Shown here: positions 1-10,868 of the stretch, one piece after another
Layout of the letters: each line of letters begins with the position of its first letter
How positions within the stretch are numbered: the first letter of the stretch is position 1
The notes under the pieces: generated by a model
The model's database searches: none
What the model saw: only the letters and a program-made list of their open reading frames with translations
Told to the model about the DNA's origin: nothing
Position numbers and translations under genes: made by a program
Assembly: GCF_046119375.1 (NCBI RefSeq)
Contig: NW_027362767.1
Location: 241,056,001 to 241,120,000 of the forward strand
Source: Phyllobates terribilis
Lineage: Eukaryota
Direction: 5' to 3'
DNA: 64,000 nt

Positions 1-2770
1 AACACCGGATTAATCCTCCAGGACGTAGGAACCTCCAGCCTAACAGCAGATTGGTTAACTATCTGAAGCACCTTAAAGGGCCCTACGAACTTGGGACCCA
101 ATTTTTTAGAAGGAATCCTCAATCGCAGATTCTTAGAGGACAACCAAACCATGTCACCAACAGCAAACAAAACCTCTTGCCGTTTCCTATCAAAGTACCT
201 CTTAGATTTTTTGTTAGCCTCCTGAAGATTACCACGCACATCCGTCCAAACTCTCTCCAAATCACCGGAAAAACTCTCCTCCTCAGGCACAGCCGAAACC
301 AATTTGGAGAATGACCCAAAAGACGGATGTCTCCCAGAACAACAAAAAAAAGGCGAACACCCAGCAGAAGAGGATGTATGGTTGTTAAGAGCAAATTCAG
401 CAAGTGGCAGAAACTCAGACCACCCCTCTTGATTGTCTGCCACAAAACAACGCAAGAACTGCTCAACATCCTGGTTCTTCCTTTCTGTCTGGCCATTAGA
501 CTCAGGATGATATCCGGATGAAAACGACAAATGGACTCCCAACCTGTCACAAAAGGCACGCCAAAAACGAGCCACGAACTGAGGTCCCCTATCAGAAACA
601 ATGTCAGTAGGAACACCATGTAGTCTGACAATCTCCTTGACAAAGGCCTTAGCGAGTGTCTTAGCTCAAGGCAGTTTGATAAAGGGAACCAAGTGACACA
701 TCTTGCTAAAACGGTCCACGACCACCCAGATGACCGTGAAACCTTCAGAGGGAGGAAGGTCAGTAATAAAGTCCATAGCCAGATGTGTCCAAGGTGCACT
801 AGGAACCTCCAGAGGGCAAAGCAACCCCGCAGCAGGAGCATGCGAAGACTTGGATCTAGCACACACAGTACATTGGCGCACCCACTTAATGACTTCCTTC
901 TGCCATCCAGGCCACCAAAAACTGCGACCCACAAGTCTCTTGGTCTCAGAAATTCCTGGATGACCTGCCAACCGAGTCTCATGACACTCAACAAACAAAG
1001 CTTTCCTAAAGGTCCTAGGCACAAACAACCTCCCATGGGGAGTGTTAGATGGGGCATTCTCCTGTGCTTTAAGAATCTCATCCTCCAAAACGGAGTCCAA
1101 AGCAGCAATCACAACACCTTCTTGTAAAATGGTCTCCTCTTCCTCCTCAACACCGACCATGGGAGAAAAACTGCGAGACAAAGCATCCGCTTTAACATTC
1201 TTGGTACCCGGGATGTAAGTAACGGAAAAATTAAACCGCGAGAAAAAAAGTGCCCACCTAGCCTGACGGGCATTCAAGCGCTTGGCAGCATCAAGATAGA
1301 TCAGATTTTTATGATCAGTGAAAACCTGAATGGGAAAATCAGCACCTTCCAAGAGATGACGCCAGTGTTCAAATGCGAGTTTAATAGCCAGCAATTCCCG
1401 ATTACCGACATCGTAATTAAGTTCAGTCTCGGAAAAATTTTTTGAAAAAAAGGCACAGGGATGTACTGCATCCTTGTTTTCCTGAGACAACACCGCACCG
1501 ACCCCCACCGAAGAAGCATCAACCTCAACCAAAAACGGCTTAGTCACATCAGGCTGCATAAGGATGGGAGCAGAGGTGAACCTCTCCTTTAAAAACACAA
1601 AAGCTTCAATGGCCTCAGAAGTCCACTGAACCGCATTAGCACCTTTCCTGGTGAGATCGGTCAGCGGTTTGACAATAATAGAAAAAAATTTTATGAATTT
1701 TCTGTAATAATTGGCGAAACCCAAAAACCTCTGTATCGATTTCAAACCAATAGGCCTAGGCCATTCCTGTACAGCCTGAACCTTCACCGGGTCCATCTTA
1801 AAACCTTCACTGGAGATAATGTAGCCCAAAAAACTAATTCTCTGTACAGCAAACTCACATTTCTCCAGCTTAGCAAAAAGCGAATTGTCCATTAATAACT
1901 GTAATACCTCACGTACGCTCCGCCAATGAGACTCCAGATCAGGCGAATAAATCAAAATGTCATCCAAATACACAACCACATTTTTGCCGATTAAAGGTCT
2001 AAGGATGTCATTAATAAGATTCTGAAAAAATGCTGGAGCATTGGTAAGACCAAAAGGCATCACCAGATTCTCAAAATGACCCACAGGAGTGTTAAAAGCA
2101 GTCTTCCATTCATCACCCTCCTTCATGCGCAACAAATTGTATGCCCCCCGGAGATCAATTTTAGAGAACCACTTGGCCCCCACTAACTGGTTAAATAAAT
2201 CAGGAATCAATGGCAGTGGGTAAGGATTGCGTACAGTAATTTTATTAATCTCACGAAAGTCCAGACAAGGACGTAAACCGCCATCTTTTTTTTTTACAAA
2301 AAAAAATCCAACAGCCACAGGAGACTTGGAAGGCCTAATGTGACCAGCGGCCAAGCTTGTCTGTATGTATTCCTCCAAAGCCTTTCTCTCAGGAATAGTA
2401 AGATTAAATAAACGACTCTTAGGAAGAGTCGCTCCAGGGACAAATTCAATGGTACAATCATAGTCTCTATGGGGAGGCAAAACCTGCGACTCCTCCTCAG
2501 AAAAAAACTCTCCAAAAATCCTGAATAGGTACAGGCAATTCCCCTCTATCCACAGCAGCAATGCGCCCGTTACAACACTTGTCATAGCACTTAGGGCTCC
2601 AGGACTTAATTTCATTGGTAGACCAATCCAGTACAGGATTGTGCAATTTTAACCAGGGTAACCCCAATATTACTGGAGAAGGCAGATTATCCAATACCAC
2701 CAAATCCAAATTCTCTTGATGAATACCATTAATAGTGAGAGGAAATTCACAGACCTTGTGAGTAACACTC
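1..2770 (-). pseudogene. Disabled pol (end of protease, RT, RNase H, integrase) of outer Gypsy element A; runs off the left edge
   Basis: ORF 666-2615 has RT (YLDDILIYS), RNase H (VEVDASSVGVG) and integrase H2C2 (AGHPG...CTVC). An in-frame TGA at 666-668 is followed by the same frame continuing as the integrase core (FVKEIVRLHGVPTDIVSDRGPQF...SNGQTERKNQ). One extra base in the A5 run at 2514-2518 shifts the frame relative to the protease ORF 2497-2709. Confidence 0.93.
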
Positions 2771-3956
2771 TGTAACGGGTCTGGGAGGCGGAACCTCTGA
2801 GCTACTATACAAGGGGGAGGTCCTTGTAAGGGAGCGGGTGGCGACCAGGCAGGCAGTCACAGCAGGTGACCGGGACAGTCTCTAGAAGAACGGGCAGGAG
2901 GTCACGGCAAGTGACCGGGGCAGTCTCTGGATGAACAGGCAGATGGTCACGGCAAGTGACCGGGGCAGTCTCTGGGTGAACGGGCAGATGGTCACGGCAA
3001 GTGACCGGGGCAGTCTCTGGGTGAACGGGCTGATGGTCACGGCAAGTGACCGGGGCAGTCTCTGGGTAAAGGGTTGGTACGACCTGTGGCGGCAGATGAT
3101 AGACGTGAGCTCCCAGGTGAGCAGGCGAGAGTCTCTGGATAAACGGGTGGTCACAGCATGTGACGGCGGAGCCTCCAGGAAGACCAACAGACAGGCGGCA
3201 GATGAGCGCTCCCAGGTGAGCGGGCAGAAGTCTCTGGACAGGCGGGTGGTCACAGCACGTGACGGCAGAGCCTCCAGGTAGGCTAGCAGACAGGCAGCAG
3301 ATGAGCGCTCCCAGGTGAGCGGGCAGGAGTCACTGGACAGGCAGGTGGTCACAGCACGTGACGGCGGAGCCTCCAGGTAGGCTAGCAGGCAGGTAGCAGA
3401 TGTGCGCTCCCAGGTGAGCGGGCAAGCTGGTCCATAGACAGACTGACAAGAGTTGGAAGGCAGACCGTCGGACCTCAGGCAAGCAGGCAGGTAGTTGATG
3501 TGCGCTCCCAGGTGAGCGGGCAAGCTGGTCCTTAGACAGACTGACAGGAGTAGTAAGGCAGACCGTCGGATCTCAGGCTAGCAGGCCGGTAGCAGAATAT
3601 CAGGCAGGAATAAGACAGCAAGCTGGCAGGAATCTGGCAGGTATCTGGCAGGTAACTGGCAACGGGACCTGAGGGCTGAAGCAGAGTAGTGAACAGTGCA
3701 ACAACATTGCTCGGGCACCTCCATTTTGGAGGAGGTGCCTTATATATGGTGAAGTCCTCCGGCCATTGGCCGGGGACTCCTTAGGACGGCGCGCGCGGCC
3801 CCTTTAAGAGGGAGGGAGCGCGCGCGCGCCCTAAGCACAGTGGCCGGGAAGGAGCGCGCGCTGCCAGCAGAGCGGGAGGAGGACGCCGGGCTCGGAGCAG
3901 AGAGGTGAGGGGAACAGCGTCCCTGCCTAGCAGAGGGCAGGGACGCCGACGCTACA
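2771..3956 (-). repeat. 3' LTR of element B (1186 bp)
   Basis: Starts TGTAACGGG, ends GACGCTACA; near-identical to 8159-9342; TATATAA (minus strand) at 3740-3746; internal 45-bp and ~99-bp tandem units. Confidence 0.96.
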
Positions 3957-6900
3957 GTACCCCCCCCTTTAGGCCCCCCGTTTTTTAGGCCAGACAGAAA
4001 TTTAGCAAGGATAAGAGGGGCATGGATGTTCTCCCGGGGCTCCCACGTTCTCTCTTCAGGACCAAACCCCTTCCAATCTACTAGAAAAAAGGTCTTCCCT
4101 CTTACCCTTTTGGTGGCCAGAATGTTCTCTACCTCAAATTCGTTTTCAGCGGAAACCGGAGCAGGAGGCGTACCTGTAGACTTGGAAAAAGAGTTAAGTA
4201 CCACAGGTTTGAGGAGAGATACATGGGAGGAGTTAGGGATCCGCAAGTTGGCCGGGAGTTTCAATTTATAGGCCACCGGGTTGATCTGACTGATGACTTC
4301 CAGAGGACCGATGAACCGAGGCCCTAACTTATAGGAAGGAATCTTGAGCCGGACATACTTGGACGAGAGCCAGACCTTATCCCCTGGACGGAATTGAGGA
4401 GGATCCAGACGTTTTTTTTCAGCATGTCTTTTCATACGCTCGGATGACAGAAGGAGTGCGGACCGGGTACTCTCCCATGTGGAGGAAAATTTGTTAACAA
4501 GAGATTCCGCAGCCGGATTGTCCACCGAGGTGGAGACGGGAAACGGGATCCGAGGATGCTGACCGAAGACTACAAAAAACGGGGATTTGGAGGAAGATTC
4601 GCTCTCGTGATTGTTGTACGAGAATTCGGCCCATGGCAGGAGATCCACCCAGTCAGAATGGTGGGCATTAACGAAGTGCCGGAGGTAACTGGTCAGGATC
4701 TGATTGATCCGCTCCACTTGACCATTAGACTGTGGGTGGTAAGCGGAGGAGAAGTCCAGGGTGACGTCTAGCAATTTACAAGTGGCTCTCCAGAAACGAG
4801 AAGTGAACTGTACCCCACGATCCGACACGATGTGACGGGGCAGGCCATGAAGACGGAAGATGTGGCGGATAAAGTCTTTAGACAGCTCGGGTGCAGACGG
4901 GAGGCCTGGCAGGGGAATGAAGTGAGCCATCTTGGAAAAGCGGTCAGCGACCACCCAAATGACCGTACAACCGGCAGAGACGGGAAGATCAGTTATGAAG
5001 TCCATCGCTATATGCTGCCAGGGGGCAGCAGGTACTGGCAGAGGAAGAAGGCGACCGGCTGGCAGGTGTCTCGGAACTTTGTTGCGGGCACAGGACACAC
5101 AGGCAGAAACAAAGTCTATTACATCCTTGCGCAGGTTAGGCCACCAGTAATGCCGGGAAATAAGCTGGAGGGTCTTTTTCTGACCGGCGTGGCCAGCTAG
5201 TTTAGACGAATGACCCCAGTGTAGGATCTTCTCCCGATCAGGTACCGATACGAACGTCTTACCGGGAGGGAGACGATTTAGACTCACGGGAGCCACCTGC
5301 ATTACTCTGGCGGGATCGATGATATGTTTAGGTTCTTCCTCGAGATCAGATACCAGAAAGGATCGGGACAAGGCGTCTGCTTTGATGTTCTTGTCAGCCG
5401 GGCGAAAATGTAGAGCAAAATCAAAGCGAGCAAAAAACAAGGACCACCGGGCTTGGCGCGGATTAAGTCTCTGGGCATGCTGGAGATAAGCCAAGTTCTT
5501 GTGGTCAGTGTAAATTATTACCGGATGAAGAGCCCCCTCGAGTAGGTAACGCCACTCCTCCAATGCCAGCTTGATGGCCAATAGCTCTCGGTCTCCTATG
5601 GAATAATTGCGCTCAGAAGAGGAGAAGAGTTTGGAGAAGAAGCCGCAAGTTACCATCCTCCCGGAAGAAGATTTTTGAGTAAGTACAGCTCCGGCTCCAG
5701 AGGAGGAGGCGTCAACCTCCAGAAAGAACTGCTTGTTGCCGTCCGGACGATGCAGCACCGGGGCGGAAGAGAAGGCCTGTTTTAAGGAAAGAAAGGCCTC
5801 CTCTGCTTCGGGCGGCCACTCTTTGGGATTAGTGCCCTTACGGGTGAGCGCGGAAATTGGGGCAGTCCGGGAAGAGAAGTGCGGTATGAAGAGGCGGTAG
5901 TAATTGGCGAAGCCCAGGAACCGCTGAATGGCCTTCAACCCCTCCGGTCGGGGCCATTTCTCGATGGCAGACAGTTTCTCTGGATCCATTCGTAGGCCGG
6001 TCTGAGAAATAATGTAGCCCAAAAACGGAAGCGAGGTCTGCTCAAAGAGGCACTTCTCGTATTTAGCGAAGAGGTGGTTCTGCCTGAGCCTGAGCAGGAC
6101 CTGACGAACGTCCCTCCGGTGAGTCTGGAGATCCGGAGAGAAGACCAAGATGTCGTCCAGGTACACCACAACGCAGGAGTAGAGAAGGTCCCGGAAGATG
6201 TCATTGACCAACTCTTGAAAGACGGCAGGAGCGTTACAGAGACCAAAGGGCATTACCAGATATTCATAGTGGCCGTCCCGGGTGTTGAATGCAGTCTTCC
6301 ATTCATCCCCTTGACGGATACGGACCAGGTTGTATGCCCCACGGAGGTCCAGTTTGGTGAAGACTCTAGCCCCCCTCAGGCGATCAAATAATTCTGGAAT
6401 GAGCGGAAGGGGGTACTTATTCTTCACCGTGATCTGGTTAAGGCCTCTATAGTCTATACAGGGACGGAGAGAGCCGTCCTTCTTTTTTACGAAGAAGAAG
6501 CCTGCTCCCGCCGGGGAGGTAGATTTCCGGATGAATCCCCTGGCCAAATTCTCCTCAATATATTCGGACATCGACCGGGTCTCAGCAGCGGACAATGGGT
6601 AAATACACCCACGGGGAGGAGTAGTACCGGGTAACAGGTCGATAGGACAGTCGTATGGTCTATGAGGGGGTAATGTCTCTGCCTCCTTTTTATTAAAGAC
6701 ATCAGCAAATGACCAATAGGGAATCGGAAGTCCAGGTAGATTAGTTGGGGTAGGAGAAGGACGGACGGGATGAACAGGAACCAAACAAGTCTTATGACAG
6801 TCCTGTCCCCAGCGAAGGACTTCTCCGGTCTGCCAGTCAAGCACGGGTGCATGTCTCTGGAGCCAAGGTAGACCTAGTAAGAGGGCATGAGAGAGTCCAG

Positions 6901-7218
6901 GCAGAACATGAAAAGAGATGCTCTCAGAATGCAGCATTCCCACCTGCAGAGTTACGGATTCGGTGATGAGTTGGATGGGACGTGGTAAGAGGCCCCCATC
7001 CACAGCAGCGACAGATAATGGTACAGCCAGAGGTTTGGTGGGAATGCGGTATTTTTCTACCAGGGACTGTGAGATAAGATTCCCGGCCGCTCCAGAGTCA
7101 AGTTGGGCTAGTTCGAAATAACGATTCTCCCCGCAGATAATAGAGACTGACAGTAGCAGAGATGGAGAGGATTTATTCTTGTCTAGGTTGACCTCTCTGA
7201 GCGAACCTAGACACAGGC
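3740..7218 (-). CDS. Pol of element B (protease-RT-RNase H-integrase-chromodomain), reached by -1 frameshift from gag
   Basis: The frame of the 1087-aa ORF is open upstream to the slippery site and there encodes the protease active site LDSGAAGNLI. Also YLDDILVFS (RT), LEVDASSSG (RNase H), HIVSDRGVQF/SNGQVERINQ (integrase) and FEVENILATKRVRGKTFFLVDWKGFGPEERTWEP (chromodomain). Confidence 0.95.
3957..3985 (-). other. Polypurine tract of element B
   Basis: Purine-rich stretch on the minus strand (G runs and AAAG...GTAC) immediately before the 3' LTR TG. Confidence 0.8.
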
Positions 7219-7225
7219 GTTTCCC
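7165..7225 (-). other. -1 ribosomal frameshift signal: G_GGA_AAC plus stem-loop/pseudoknot
   Basis: GGGAAAC at 7219-7225 in the correct gag phase; 5-nt spacer; 10-bp stem TGTCTAGGTT/AACCTAGACA; loop GAGAGG can pair with downstream CCTCTC. Confidence 0.85.
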
Positions 7226-8145
7226 GACCTCTCCGGGCAGGTACGGATCCGGTGCTCCTTACTGCCACAGTAGAAGCAGCTCCCTTCGGCACGGCGTAAG
7301 TCCTGACGGGTTTTGACCATCTTGGTCTGGTCGACCTGCATAGGCTCAGGAGAGTGTACCTGGGGAGAGACGGATTTCTGAAAAGTAGGAGCTAGACGTG
7401 GAAACCTCCTCTCACGGGTGACCTCTTTGGCACGCTCCTGGAACCGTAGGTCAATCCGGGTGGCAAGAGTTATTAGGTCATCGAGAGTGGTAGGAATGTC
7501 CCGACCGGCAAGTTCATCTTTAATACGGCCGGACAGACCCTCCCAGAAGACGGATACCAGAGCGTCGTTATCCCAGGCCAGCTCCGAGGCAAGGGTACGG
7601 AACCGTATGGCATATTGGCCCACGGTGAGACTTCCCTGACGGAGGCGTAGCAGAGATGATGCGGATGAGGTCTTCCGTCCGGGTTCGTCGAAGACTTTCC
7701 GGAAAGCCGTGAGAAAGGCAGGCAAGTCGGACACCAGGGGGTCTCCTCTCTCCCATAGAGGATTTAGCCAGGCCAGGGCCTCCCCGGTGAGATGGGACAT
7801 GATGAAGGCAATTTTGGCCCGGTCGGAGTTAAACTGGTGAGACAGGAGTTCAAAGTGCAGGGTGCGATGATTTATGAAGCCCCGAGCCTGGGCGGAGTCG
7901 CCTCCGAAGCGAGGAGGTGCAGAAAGCCGGGGTCCGGGGTAGGATACCATGGTATTGGTGGGCAGCGGAGCTGCCGGGTTGCGAGTCATGGCACTGGCGG
8001 TGGTTGCTGGTGGAGCAGTCAGAGTGTCCAGGCGAGAATTGACATTCCGCAGGTGACCCAGGATGGACTCCTGTTGGGACCTCTGACGGGACAGTTCATG
8101 ACAGAGGTCCGAGAGCGAGGGAGCTTGGGTGCCACCGGGTTCCAT
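7207..8145 (-). CDS. Gag of element B (312 aa)
   Basis: PEG10/RTL-like capsid motifs (PPRFGGD, KIAFIMSHLTGEALAW, LRQGSLTVGQY) and CCHC knuckle CFYCGSKEHRIRTC. Confidence 0.95.
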   Translation of the reverse strand: MEPGGTQAPSLSDLCHELSRQRSQQESILGHLRNVNSRLDTLTAPPATTASAMTRNPAAPLPTNTMVSYPGPRLSAPPRFGGDSAQARGFINHRTLHFELLSHQFNSDRAKIAFIMSHLTGEALAWLNPLWERGDPLVSDLPAFLTAFRKVFDEPGRKTSSASSLLRLRQGSLTVGQYAIRFRTLASELAWDNDALVSVFWEGLSGRIKDELAGRDIPTTLDDLITLATRIDLRFQERAKEVTRERRFPRLAPTFQKSVSPQVHSPEPMQVDQTKMVKTRQDLRRAEGSCFYCGSKEHRIRTCPERSGNACV

Positions 8146-8146
8146 G

Positions 8147-8156
8147 GCCCGAGCAA
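8147..8156 (-). other. Non-tRNA primer-binding site of element B (UUGCUCGGGC), self-priming type
   Basis: Lies 2 nt inside the 5' LTR edge; no TGG/tRNA complement; perfect complement in the LTR at 9095-9104, starting 30 nt downstream of the TATA box. Confidence 0.8.
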
Positions 8157-8158
8157 AC

Positions 8159-9342
8159 TGTAACGGGTCTGGGAGGCGGAACCTCTGAGCTACTATACAA
8201 GGGGGAGGTCCTTGTAAGGGAGCGGGTGGCGACCAGGCAGGCAGTCACAGCAGGTGACCGGGACAGTCTCTAGAAGAACGGGCAGGAGGTCACGGCAAGT
8301 GACCGGAGCAGTCTCTGGATGAACGGGCAGATGGTCACGGCAAGTGACCGGGGCAGTCTCTGGGTGAACGGGCAGATGGTCACGGCAAGTGACCGGGGCA
8401 GTCTCTGGGTGAACGGGCAGATGGTCACGGCAAGTGACCGGGGCAGTCTCTGGGTAAAGGGTTCGTACGACCTGTGGCGGCTGATGGTAGACGTGAGCTC
8501 CCAGGTGAGCAGGCGAGAGTCTCTGGATAAACAGGTGGTCACAGCATGTGACGGCGGAGCCTCCAGGAAGACCAACAGACAGGCTGCAGATGAGCGCTCC
8601 CAGGTGAGCGGGCAGAAGTCTCTGGACAGGCGGGTGGTCACAGCACGTGACGGCAGAGCCTCCAGGTAGGCTAGCAGACAGGCAGCAGATGAGCGCTCCC
8701 AGGTGAGCGGGCAGGAGTCACTGGACAGGCAGGTGGTCACAGCACGTGACGGCAGAGCCTCCAGGTAGGCTAGCAGGCAGGTAGCAGATGTGCGCTCCCA
8801 GGTGAGCGGGCAAGCTGGTCCATAGACAGACTGACAAGAGTTGGAAGGCAGACCGTCGGACCTCAGGCAAGCAGGCAGGTAGTTGATGTGCGCTCCCAGG
8901 TGAGCGGGCAAGCTGGTCCTTAGACAGACTGACAGGAGTAGTAAGGCAGACCGTCGGACCTCAGGCTAGCAGGCCGGTAGCAGAATATCAGGCAGGAATA
9001 AGACAGCAAGCTGGCAGGAATCTGGCAGGTATCTGGCAGGTAACTGGCAACGGGACCTGAGGGCTGAAGCAGAGTAGTGAACAGTGCAACAACATTGCTC
9101 GGGCACCTCCATTTTGGAGGAGGTGCCTTATATATGGTGAAGTCCTCCGGCCATTGGCCGGGGACTCCTTAGGACGGCGCGCGCTGCCCCTTTAAGAGGG
9201 AGGGAGCGCGCGTGCCCTAAGCACAGTGGCCGGGAAGGAGCGCGCGCTGCCAGCAGAGCGGGAGGAGGACGCCGGGCTCGGAGCAGAGAGGTGAGGGGAA
9301 CAGCGTCCCTGCCTAGCAGAGGGCAGGGACGCCGACGCTACA
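8159..9342 (-). repeat. 5' LTR of element B (1184 bp)
   Basis: TG...CA; about a dozen substitutions and one 2-nt indel versus the 3' LTR, counted by eye; TATATAA at 9128-9134. Confidence 0.96.
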
Positions 9343-10375
9343 CACTCTTCAAGGGAGAGCCATCGACAGAAACCACAGCAATAGGGGATGACAAAGTTTT
9401 AGGTTCTAATCTAAGTTTTTCCAAGAATCCCCCATCAATCACATTCAGAGTAGATCCACAATCCACAAATACCCGAAATTCAATTAATTCATCCTGAGCA
9501 GCAGTAGTGGCAGATAGGAATACTCCCTTAGAATTTAAACAGGCAATACGGGCATGACTGACCATATTTTTTTTTTCTTTCTTCATACGAAGCACACAGC
9601 TCTTAATCAAATGACCAGAATTTCCGCAATAGAAACACAAGCCTTCAGAAAGTCGGCGGTCTTTTTCCTGAGAGCGGGGTGCCATCGCCCCAATTTCCAT
9701 CGGCTCTCCATTGTCAGCACTGAACCTCTCAGGACTCGAAGCTGACATAGCAGAGGATTTGCTCTCATTAACCCTTGCACGCAGTCTCCTGTCCACCCCT
9801 ATAGCTAATTGCATTGCCTCCTGCAAGTTTCCAGGTGTGGGATAAGCAATCAGTAAATCCTTAACCCTTTCACCTAGTCCTGCAAGAAACAAGCTTTTCA
9901 AAGCTGAATCGTTCCACCCCACCTGGGCAGACCACCGACGGAAGTGAGAACAATAGTTTTCCACATTACCTGATCCCTGCCTCAAACGTCTTAATTCAGA
10001 CTCAGCAGATGAGACACGATCAGGATCATCGTACAATAAACCCAAAGCAGAAAAAAAACTATCCACTGATCTAAAGCACGGATCACTAGGTTGGAGAGAG
10101 AAGGCCCATCCCTGAGGATCTTTGCGCAAAAGTGACATTATGAACCCTATGCGCTGTGATTCATCACCAGAGGATCCGGGTCTCAAACGAAAATATAATA
10201 GACAAGCATTTTTAAAAGAAAAAAAATCTTGTTGTTCGCCAAAAAATAGATCAGGCAGACGTACCTTTGGTTCCACAAAATGCGCTCCAGAACAGCTACT
10301 CACGTGTTGTTGGAGCTTGGCCACCTCCAGAGAGAGTCCCTGCAAGCGTTGAGCCAAATCTTGCACCGAGACCAT
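9343..10375 (-). pseudogene. gag plus N-terminal protease of outer element A, interrupted by element B
   Basis: Gag motifs, CFYCGNSGHLIKSC knuckle and FVDCGSTLNVID protease all in one frame. Removing element B and one target-duplication copy restores the frame: ...PLKSVTHKVCEFPLTINGIHQENLDLVVLD. Confidence 0.93.
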
Positions 10376-10445
10376 GATGGAAAACTGGAGGTCTTTCCTT
10401 AGAGAATTTATTTATTTATTTATTTTTTTTTATGGCTGGACTTAC

Positions 10446-10868
10446 TGTTATGATCTGCTACAGAGACTAAGGAAAGACAGGAGATCTGTCCCTACAATAG
10501 AACTAAACTAGATCCCTACGATGTAACGGGGAACCTGATCCTGCGATCAGACCCGCTAAAGTCCTCGGCTAGTCTGTACGGAGACCTATAGATGTGAGGG
10601 AGGAATCCCTACAAGAACTAGGGACTGGGAAAAGTTGAACACCTCCTAGCAGAAATCGTAGCAGTCAAAGACAAACACACAACAAAAAGTAAAGAGGTCA
10701 GAAGACCTAGCAAAACTAACAGAGAACGGCAACAGAGCACCAAGCTAGCTCAACAGTAGTAAATACAAATGAAGTCCAGCAATGCCAGGAGGGCGGAGCC
10801 GGATTAAATAGACAAAACTGGTCATGTGACCAGCAAACTAAAAAAAAACTAACAGGAGAGTTGTAACA
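10446..10868 (-). repeat. 5' LTR of outer element A (~423 bp)
   Basis: TGTTA...TAACA termini; TATTTAA (minus) at 10804-10810; followed by the PBS-position motif and the gag ATG at 10375. The right boundary could instead be the TAACA ending near 10854. Confidence 0.75.

Larger units (their letters stand above)
2771..9342 (-). mobile_element. Full-length Ty3/Gypsy chromovirus (Tf1/sushi group) LTR retrotransposon, element B, apparently intact
   Basis: Two TG...CA LTRs (2771-3956, 8159-9342); CACTC 5-bp target duplication at 2766-2770 and 9343-9347; polypurine tract next to the 3' LTR; uninterrupted gag and pol with chromodomain. Confidence 0.97.

Noticed and set aside
8270-8911. 213-aa ORF present in both LTRs
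   Set aside because: Starts at TTG and is composed of LTR tandem units; no recognisable domain.
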